Source: a bacterium (GTDB taxonomy: Bacteria > Margulisbacteria > Marinamargulisbacteria > GCA-2716485 > GCA-002719695). Taken from it: a stretch of DNA of 43,588 bases. The stretch is taken from positions 14,725-58,312 of the forward strand of contig PBEQ01000008.1 in NCBI GenBank assembly GCA_002719695.1, read 5' to 3'. Position numbers and translations under genes: made by a program. This document shows positions 19,403-29,100 of the stretch, piece after piece (within the stretch, counting starts at the first letter, position 1; each line of letters starts with the position of its first letter). The notes under the pieces were generated by a model. It was not told where the DNA came from, did no database searches, and was given only the letters and a program-made list of their open reading frames with translations.

Positions 19403-20112
19403 GTATTAGTTTGATTTTAATACTTATAATTTCAGTTTGTATTCATGAATGGGCCCATGGTTATGCTGCTTTTTTGTTGGGGGATAAAACGCCAATGTAT
19501 TTAAAACGACTTACTTTAAATCCTTTACGTCATCTTGATTTGGTAGGATCTATCATAGTTCCTACTATGTTGGTAATTTCAGGTACGTCTTTTGTTTTTG
19601 GTTGGGCCAAGCCCGTTCCCGTAAATAATCGCTATTTTAAACATCCAAAATCAGGTATGTTACTGGTAGCTATGGCAGGCCCTTTAAGTAATTTTTTCTT
19701 AGCTTTTTTAATGGTTATGGTCATGCCTTTATTGGCATTTATACTAGGATCTCATGGATCGACGGAATTTTTTCTTCAGGTTTGTGTTTATGTTGTTTAT
19801 ATTAATGTAGTTTTAGGTGTTTTTAATTTGATTCCTATTCCCCCATTGGATGGTTCCTATGTTTTAATGCCGTTTATTCCTGTAAAATATCATCATTTGA
19901 TAGCACGGTTTTCTATGTTTGGATTATTTTTTGTGGTTGGATTACTATCAATTTCTTGGTTTCAAGTTTTATTTCATCGTATTATAAAAGCTAGTGTTTC
20001 TTTTTTATTTTCACTTAAAATTGAATCAATGTTTTATAATGCAATATTTTTATTGTTTTTTTCGTTCTATAATATAGGGTATAAAGGAATCTTTATGGAT
20101 TTAAGTTTATGA
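19399..20112 (+). CDS. Site-2 protease (M50) family intramembrane metalloprotease
   Basis: HEWAH zinc motif, RLTLNPLRHLD, FGWAKPVPVN, AGPLSN and FNLIPIPPLDGS. Confidence 0.93.
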   Translation: MSISLILILIISVCIHEWAHGYAAFLLGDKTPMYLKRLTLNPLRHLDLVGSIIVPTMLVISGTSFVFGWAKPVPVNNRYFKHPKSGMLLVAMAGPLSNFFLAFLMVMVMPLLAFILGSHGSTEFFLQVCVYVVYINVVLGVFNLIPIPPLDGSYVLMPFIPVKYHHLIARFSMFGLFFVVGLLSISWFQVLFHRIIKASVSFLFSLKIESMFYNAIFLLFFSFYNIGYKGIFMDLSL

Positions 20113-23100
20113 AACAATTTCTAGTTTATCTTTGTTTAATAGTCATGCTAGTTATAAGTAATAACAGCGTGTTAATTGCGCATAATGATTCTCATGAATT
20201 AGCGATTGATTCAAATTATAACTTTATTGTGCCTCCTCGAATTTCGTTTGATGTTCAGTTAGCGGACTCTTCTGGACCATTAAATGGAAATTATTTTGTT
20301 ACGATTCGTATTGGGTCAAAGGCAAATATTAATGAAAACTATGATATGGTGCCATTTCGGTGGATTCGTTCTTTTTCTAATGTTAATTTTCAAAATGGTG
20401 TTGCAAGTTTTGTTTTAGGCGATAATTCGAACCCTATAACACCAAATGATCTAAGTGATTCTGATACTGTTATACAAATTGAGGTTAATCAATTAACAGC
20501 TGCCTTTCCATTGCCATCTGTTCCTTATTCAATTTATTCACAAAGTAGTCTCCATGCTGAGGAAATAAAAGCTGAGAATATTATTGGATCGTTTATTACA
20601 ACAATGAATATTAGCAATGATTTTATTGTTTCAAAAAATGGTGAAATTGCAGTTTATATTGACTCAACGAATCAGCGTGTTGGGGTTGGGAAAAAACCAG
20701 ATTCATCATATGAAATGGATATTAATGGGAGCGTCAATGCTGCTGCCTATTTTATACAAGGAAGTTCAATAGGTGAAATTTTTTCATGGACAAAAAAAGA
20801 TGGAAATCTATTTTATAATGGTAATGTAGGAATTCATACTGAGGATCCTCAGTATGCTTTACATGTTAGTGGTAATATATCAGCAGAAGAGTATTTTGTT
20901 GTAATGGAAGATGCTAATACAGGTGCGAAACAATATGTGACATTAGAGGATCATTTAGCAGCTCAAGGTTTAAACTGGAAAAGTGATGCAAATGAAACTA
21001 ATAGATTAGGAATTTATTACATAGCAGGAAATGTAGGTATTGGTACATCAGAAAATATTGTAGAATCATTAGTTGTATCAGGTGCTATAAAACTTTCTGA
21101 ATCGATTCAAGATGCAGATGACATTAAGCCAGGAACAATTGAATATCGGGAAAATGACTTTATTGCATATTCAGATGCTGGTGAATTTTCTTTAACTGGT
21201 ATTAAAATTGACCCTAATTCTGATAATCTTAATAGTATTCCACGCGGTTCTATTCCTTATTTTGTTGCGGATGGGTTTTTAGATGTTACTGATAATTTTA
21301 AAGTTGTTACTAGTAATGACTTTTTTGGCGTTGCTATTGGTACTGATAATACAACGGCTGCGTTAACAGTTCAGGGTAATGGCCAGGATTCATACCTAGA
21401 GGTTCTATCTGAGCAAAATGAACCTGTTTTTATAGTGAATAAGGATGGCAATATTTCAGTTGGTACGACTAATATTAATGAAAATATAAAATTTAAGATT
21501 GATGGGATTGTTGATGCAACAGAGTTTTTAAAAAATGGTAATCCATTGGCTAGTAGTTTATCTGAAAATTCATTTTGGAATATAGGAGAAACTCATTACG
21601 GAGAGTTAAATCAAGCGGCAACAGATTTGTTTTATTCGGCAGGTTTTGTTGGTATTGGAACAGCTTCACCAAAAAACATGTTAGAACTATCCTCTTCAAC
21701 GGATTCTGTTGCTTTAACATTTGATATTAATGATGTTGATTTATTTACTATTGGAATTACATCAGAGAATGCATCGACATTTGTTATTTCTCAAGGAAGT
21801 AATTTAGATTTACCTATTTTTTCTTTTTCTACAAAGAATATTGGTGTTGGGCTATCAGAACCAAAAGTATCATTACATGTTAGTGGTAATGCTGGATTTC
21901 TCGTGGAAGGTGAAACAGATTTAACGTATTCATTAAGCCAAGATTTTCCAGAGCCCGTAACGGGTTCTGCTATGTTTTATTATCCGGTTAGAGCCGCCTT
22001 TAGAGCAGGGTATGCATCTGATTTAGAATGGTCTGATGCTAATTTAGGTGCTTACAGTGCTGCTTTTGGTTATAATAATATCGCTTCTGGTCTTGCTTCT
22101 TTTGTTGGTGGTGGCTATGAAAATGTTGCATCTGGCGATTATTCTGTTGTTCCGGGAGGTATTCTTAACAAAGCTATCGGTGATTATAGTTTTGCTGGTG
22201 GGTATTATGCGAGTGCACTCCATAATGGATCTTTTGTTTGGGCAGATACGACATCATCCTTAAATCGTTTTGAATCAGCTCAAAATAATCAGTTTTTAAT
22301 TAGAGCTTATGGTGGTGTTGGTATTAATACGAATCAAACCTCAGAGTCTGCTCTTACTGTTCAACATCAAGGATCTGGGGATATTCTAAGATTAATAGGC
22401 AGTGGAGCTTCAGATCAAACGATAGGGGTTTCTTCAAAAGGTCAGTTTTATATGGGTGATCAACCTTCTCCTTCACATGACGATGCTAAGTTACTTGTTT
22501 CTGGTCGTGTTGGTGTTGGAACTGATGATCCAAAAGCATTGTTTCATATTGAAAATACAGATGATGAACAAGCCTATTTAATGTATATCAAAGGATCTAG
22601 TAGTACGAATGCTTCTTCCAATGTGTTTGTAATAACCAATACTGGAAATGTTGGGATTGGTACAGAACATCCAACCGTAAAATTAGCAGTAAGTGGTAAT
22701 ATTAAGGCAGATAGTTTTTTAATGGTTGATCCTGATGATCCTACCGCTGTTATTCAATTACAGCCATCTAACGGGTCGCCATTTCAAATGTATACTGGTT
22801 TGGGGCGTTCGGATGCCTATCGGTTACAAGGTTTTATTGGCTTAGGTACGATGACTCCGAATACATTGTTAGAACTTTCAAATCAAAATGACGTACAAGC
22901 CTTGCCAATTATTACGTTTGATTACAATGATGTTGATATTGTTCAAATGGGACTGATAACATCCAATGAAGGCGTGTTTTTTGCGATAGCACCAAGTTCT
23001 AATTTTACGTCTGAAAATGCAACCTTTGTTATTACTGGTAATTCGGTTATTTTAGGAAGAGGGGTTGTTCCTCCAAATACGAATTTTGCATTAGACGTAA

Positions 23101-26100
23101 GTGGAAATCTTAATATTGATGGCAAACTAGCAGTAGGAACAGATAATGTGTTAAATGACTATGATGTTTTTGTTAATGGTGCTCTTGCCGTTTCTACTTT
23201 AAATATTGGGGGTTCAGATTTTGAACTACCAGACGATAATTTATGGAAGGTTAATGGTGTTAATTTGTATGCTAGTGATAATTATATCGTTTTAATTGGA
23301 ACGGATAATGCGTCGCAATCGTTAACGGATGCCCTGGTTGTTAGTGGCTCTGTTAGAGTTGATAATTTAATTATTAGTGCTAATCAATTTAAACTTGATG
23401 GTGAGTTGGCTGTTGATCACGTTAGATTTCAAGATCAAGCTGTATCGACTCAGTCTGCTAGTGTTTTTGTAGAAGGAGGAGAATTAGTTTTTGAAAAATG
23501 GGATGGAACTAAAAAGTCATTATCGTCTCCATTACAAGCTATTGAAGGTGATAGTAATCAATCAGGACCACTTGCATTTTGGGTTAATAACAATACTATT
23601 TCAAAATCACCATTTTATTGGGATGGTGGCAAAAAAGAATTAGCTATTACTTCTAATGTTGTTATTTCTAATTATGAAGTCCAAGCGAATGGTTTAGAAG
23701 TATCTACCAATGTTTCTTTTTTAGATAGTATTGGTTTTGCTATCGAGACTACTATTGATCATAAGGGGATCGCTAATTCATCAACTGATTATACGCTGTA
23801 TGATTTAGATTTAAATATTGAAGAGGATTGGGGCCGTCAAGGTACGCCGATTGCTATTAGAGGAATCGATTTGAATTTGCGTAATAATGAGGATACCTTG
23901 ATTTTAAATCAAGCATCTGTCACAGGGCTTTATGTGGATGTTACTAGTGTGAATGTTAGTGAATCTCAGTTTGGTAATAAATATGCTGCTAAGTTTTTAG
24001 GTGGTAATGTTGGAATTGGCATTGAAGATCCATCCGTTGCTCTTGAAGTAAATGGTGTTATCTCTGCTAATTATTTTAATATTACTTCAGGAATATCTAT
24101 TCCTGAGCTTGTAATTAATGAAGGTGTATATGCGTTAGTTGTTAAAAAATCCGGAACGGAGGCTCGTGTTGGTATTGGTACCGAGAGTCCACAAACTAGC
24201 TTAGATGTTGATGGAACTGTATCTGCAAATTTATTAACTGTTTCTGGTTTGTTAGTCTCCACAATGAATATAGGCGATGGAAGTTTTGTAGTTGATGCTA
24301 CTGGAAATATTGGTATTGGAACAGATTTTCCAGAAGCTTCTTTTGAAATTAATAGAGTGTTAGATGGATCAAATCAAAATAGTCCATATATTGCCGAAAA
24401 AATATCGTTAGGAATTGATGGAACAACATTAGTTGGTCAAACATATGTTTTTCAGCAAGATCTTACGGGATTGTATCTAGATTTAGATACAATGACAAAT
24501 TCATCAATTCAAGATGCTGAAATTAGAGGACTTGATCTTGATTTGGTATCGGTTAACTTGCGAGGAGATTCTAAATTATATGGTATGTATGTTGATGTTG
24601 GGGCTCCTCAAACTGAAAATAAAAATCGCTATGCTGCTGTTTTTCTAAATGGAAATGTTGGTATTGGAACAGATAATCCAACTGAAGAACTAGTTGTTAG
24701 CGGTAGTATTAAGGCGGACACCTTAATATTGTCAGAAGGCCTTGAGTTTCAGACTGGCATTACAGTTAATAACTCACTTGTTGTGGAGGATGTTGCAAGT
24801 ATGAATAGGGTTTCTATTAATCATTTATATGTTGAAGATTCTTTTTCAGCTAAAAATCTATCATTTGATAATACAGATATTCAGGCAGATAATGCTACCT
24901 TTGGTACAATAACGGCTAATCAAATTTTAGATGTTTCATATGCTAGTATCGATACGGTTTCAGCAAATAACATTGAAGTTAACAACGCTGTTTTTACAGA
25001 TGCCTTATCTGTTGCAACTGATAACATAGAACCAAATACATTAATGGTTAATGGGACTATCAAAGCAATTTCTGCTATTTTTACTGATACTGTGACGGTT
25101 CCTACCTTATCAGTTAATAATGGCACTACGTTGTTTGCTGGAAATAAAAAAGTAGGTATTGGTACAGATACACCAGAGTCTGCATTGCATATTATAAGTA
25201 GTCCAGATAGTGCTTTTGATCAAGCAAATACGGAAACCTGGAATGCATTAAAGATGGGTGTAGATACAGATATTTCTGGACAAACGGTTGGATTTTTATT
25301 TTCTCCTGATGAGCAAGTATCACAAAATATAGGATCAGGGATTTTAGCTCAACGAACAGAATTTGGACAATCTAGTTTATTATTTTTAACGGATCCACCT
25401 AATGATAGTCCTAAAGTAAGGATGATAATTTCGGATGAAGGAACTGTCGGTATTGGTGATATCTCTAACCCTTTAACATTTTCACAAAAAGATTCTAGTA
25501 ATGAGCCTGTAACATTATATGTAAATGGAACAGCAACATTTACCGATACTGTAACAATGGATCGATTGGAAGTTTCTGAAATTACGGGCGAAGTTAACTC
25601 TCTTATTATTAGTGCTAATAATGGGATTGGTTTTCGTGGTGATGTTAGTTTTAATAATCGTGTTCAACTTGATAAGGCACTGGCTTTTAAAAACTCTCGT
25701 AGTTTACAGATTCAACCAACTGAAGTTCCTAGTTCTGTTGGTTATTTGTATGTCTATAATAACGATTTATTTTATGTCAATCAGTCATCATCCAAAAATA
25801 TTTCCTCAGTGTATTCTGGAGACCCTGGAAAAGTTCCCGTATTTGATGATGAAGGTACTTTAAAAAGTTCGTATCCATTATCATTTAATGATAATACCTT
25901 TACAATAGGTACTTCTAATTCTTATACGCAATTTAAACTTGAATCTGTTGTTTCTTCGGATGATTCTGTTGGTGTTCAAGAAATTATTGTTACATTTGAT
26001 AACCGAACTGGTTCTAATACTAGATTTGTCGCATTTGATATTCAAATGGAGGGAGATGATACCTCTGACAGTCTTGGTATTAATGATACTGCTATTGGAC

Positions 26101-29100
26101 TAAATATTGATGTATCGCGTTTGTCTGGTCAGTCAGCAAATGATAATAAGTATGCGGCTATATTTAATGGAGGAAATGTGGGCGTTGGTATATCAGATCC
26201 TGGCGCTCTGTTACATGTTAAACAAGCTGAAAGTGAGAATATATTTCGTGTTGATGGCGATAACTTTATTAGTTTAATGGTTTCTAGTACGGGTAATGTA
26301 GGTGTTGGAACGGCAACTCCGTTAGCCTTATTTGAAATTAAAAAACCTGTTGCTTCTTATCAAGATGATTTGTTTAAAATTGTTTCAGATAATGTTGAGT
26401 TATTAAGGGTATCGTCTAATGGATCTCTTGTTATTCAGGGGGATGTTTCTGCTAATCTTGGTGTTTTTGATGTTGTTAGTGCCAACGCTCTTCGCATTGC
26501 GGATGGTATGTTTTTTGTAAGTTCTAATGGGAATGTTGCTATTGGTACAGATAATGTTGACTTAGGTACTATAACAATTTTAAAGGAGATAGATTCAGCT
26601 CAGACTTCAGATTACATCGGTGAAAAATTAGATGTTGTAATTGATTTTGAAGGGGATGGCGATTTAACGGGAAGTAACTCAAATTGGGATGCTGATTATA
26701 CGTATAATAAAGATTTAACGGGGTTTGATATATCCCTTTCTAATGCTAATGCTAATCAATTTGGGGATTCTAATGACACAGTAATTGCTAAAGGGATTAA
26801 TGTGACTATGAATAACCTAGATCTTGGTTCTAATGCAAAGGCTTATGGTTTATATGTTGATGTTGGGAATGAAGACAAGGGCGGTACTCGCTATGGTGCT
26901 TATTTTAATGGCAATGTAGGTATTGGAACGTTAACGCCAACGTATTCGTTAACGGTTAGTGGCAATGTCTATAGTTCGGGACTAATTGTTGATGGAAATG
27001 TTTCTGCTAATCAGTTAACGGTTAACAATATTATCGTAAATGGTCTTTTAAATGTTGCTGGAGATGTAACGATTAATGGAACATTAACAGCTACAACGAT
27101 TACAGCAAATTCTTTAATTGTAGATGGTGCGGTTCAAGCTGGAGAAGGTATTTATAACACCGTTACGGTTAATCAAAGATTATTTTTACCTCAATCGAGT
27201 CAATTAATTGTTGGAATGGAGGATGGTTTTTCGGATTCAAATTATATTATGTATGTTAGCGGAAATGTAACGTTTAATGGAATTGTTGATGTTGATAAAT
27301 TAAATGTATCAGTAATTTCAGCTAATAATACAACGATTAATATTAGTAGTGTAATAAGTGCTAATAAAATGATTTCAGGTGAGACTATTAGTCTTAATAT
27401 GGTGCAATTTAGTAATAGTGGTTCTACTGTACCAAATTCATTGTTTGTTGATGGCAATAATTTGTATTTTAATAATAGCTCAAGCTCTCCAATTGATTTA
27501 ACATCTTTTTTAACTTCCGAGTATCCTAATCGAATTCCTGTTTATCATGGTTCAACTCTTACCTTAACTTCAAATGTGTATGCATTACAATTTAAAAATA
27601 ATGATACGTTGCAATTGGGAGGAAGTTTAAGTGCTGGAACCTATCAAAACTTAGGATTAGAAATTGGTGGTCAGGTTACTAAGAATTTTACGGGTCATCT
27701 TGTTAGTGTTAATGTTAAAAATGTGACTAGTGGCTCTAAAAACTTTACCGGTGTAAAAATAAACTTTAAGTCAGAGAATTATGGTGGACCTGATCCAAAT
27801 TTATGGGGCAGACTTTCTGAGGGGGACTCAGCTGTTGGTCTTCATGTTGATTTACAGCAATCTTTAGGAGATTATTATGGATTAGGTGGTAATGTTATTG
27901 CTCCAAAAAAATATGCAGCGCTTTTTAATGGAGGACTTGTTGGAATTGGGACAGATACTCCTCAAGCGGCCTTACATGTAAAGCAGTATGAAAATTATTT
28001 TAATATTAGAAAAGATATTTTTAGAGTGGATACCTTTGGAAGTACTACTCCTGCTTTTCTTGTTGATAAAGATGGTAGGGTAGGGATTAATTCTTTAATG
28101 GATAATGATGCCATTACTGCTCAATTTGTTATTGAAGCGGATTCTACAATAAATCCTTTTGTTGTGTCTAGTAACTCAAAGGTTCAGTTTTCGGTCCAAA
28201 CTAATGGTGTAGGGATTCAAACGGAGACTTTAGGAGGAGCTACGTTAGCGGTATCAGGTAATATGTTTGTTAGAGATAGTTTGGGGAATGACCAATTTTT
28301 TGTAAGTGATGATGGGGTAGCAATAGGTCATACTATTCCAACTGCAGATTTAGACATTAAGGGGGATGGAAGTAAGGCATTGCTAAGAATAAGTGATGGT
28401 GTTAATGATCACGTTTATGTGGATAAGGCTGGTAAATTTTATATGGGGACGTTTAATAGTTCTGATGTCCAGGGAACTCCTTTGTATGATTTCAATATCA
28501 TTAATCCAACAAGTAGTATTGCTTTGATTTCTAATAATAATGATCCATTTGCTACTGTAGGTTTACCAACAAAATTAACCGCTCCAGGCAATAACCCTTA
28601 CGGTGTTTTAGCTGTTAATGGTAGTAACAATAACAATAACTTGCTTTTTATGGGACATGTTACAGCTAATGAATCACTTGTATTATTTGGAGGTAGTAAT
28701 AGTCCTCAATTAAATATTGTTGCCTCAACTGATACGAAAGAAAAATTAATTATGGATGTTACTACGCAAGGCTTGGGAATTAATCGCGATTTTCGTACTG
28801 ATACGGCTTTAGCTGTTAGTGGTAACTTTTTTGTTGGCGCTGATGCTAATAATGCTGCCTTTGTTGTAAGTCCTAATAGTAACTTTGTTGGTGTGAATAC
28901 TACAACTCAAATTGGCTCTGAAACGATGAGAGTGGCTGGATCCTTACTTGTTGATGAGCTGGAAGTTGCTGAAGGTGGTATTACGATTACTACCTTAAAT
29001 GTGAATGGCCAATTTGTTTTAAATGATACCTTGAATGGTACATCAGGATCCACATTTGTTGATTTATATGAGTCGGTTTCTTTGAATATAAAGCTAAATA

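Noticed and set aside
3364-27457. Many 60-143 aa alternative-frame and antisense ORFs inside the barrel and giant genes
   Set aside because: Leu/Ile/Met-rich or Thr/Ser-rich by-products of T-ending codon bias in the main frame. No motifs recognised.
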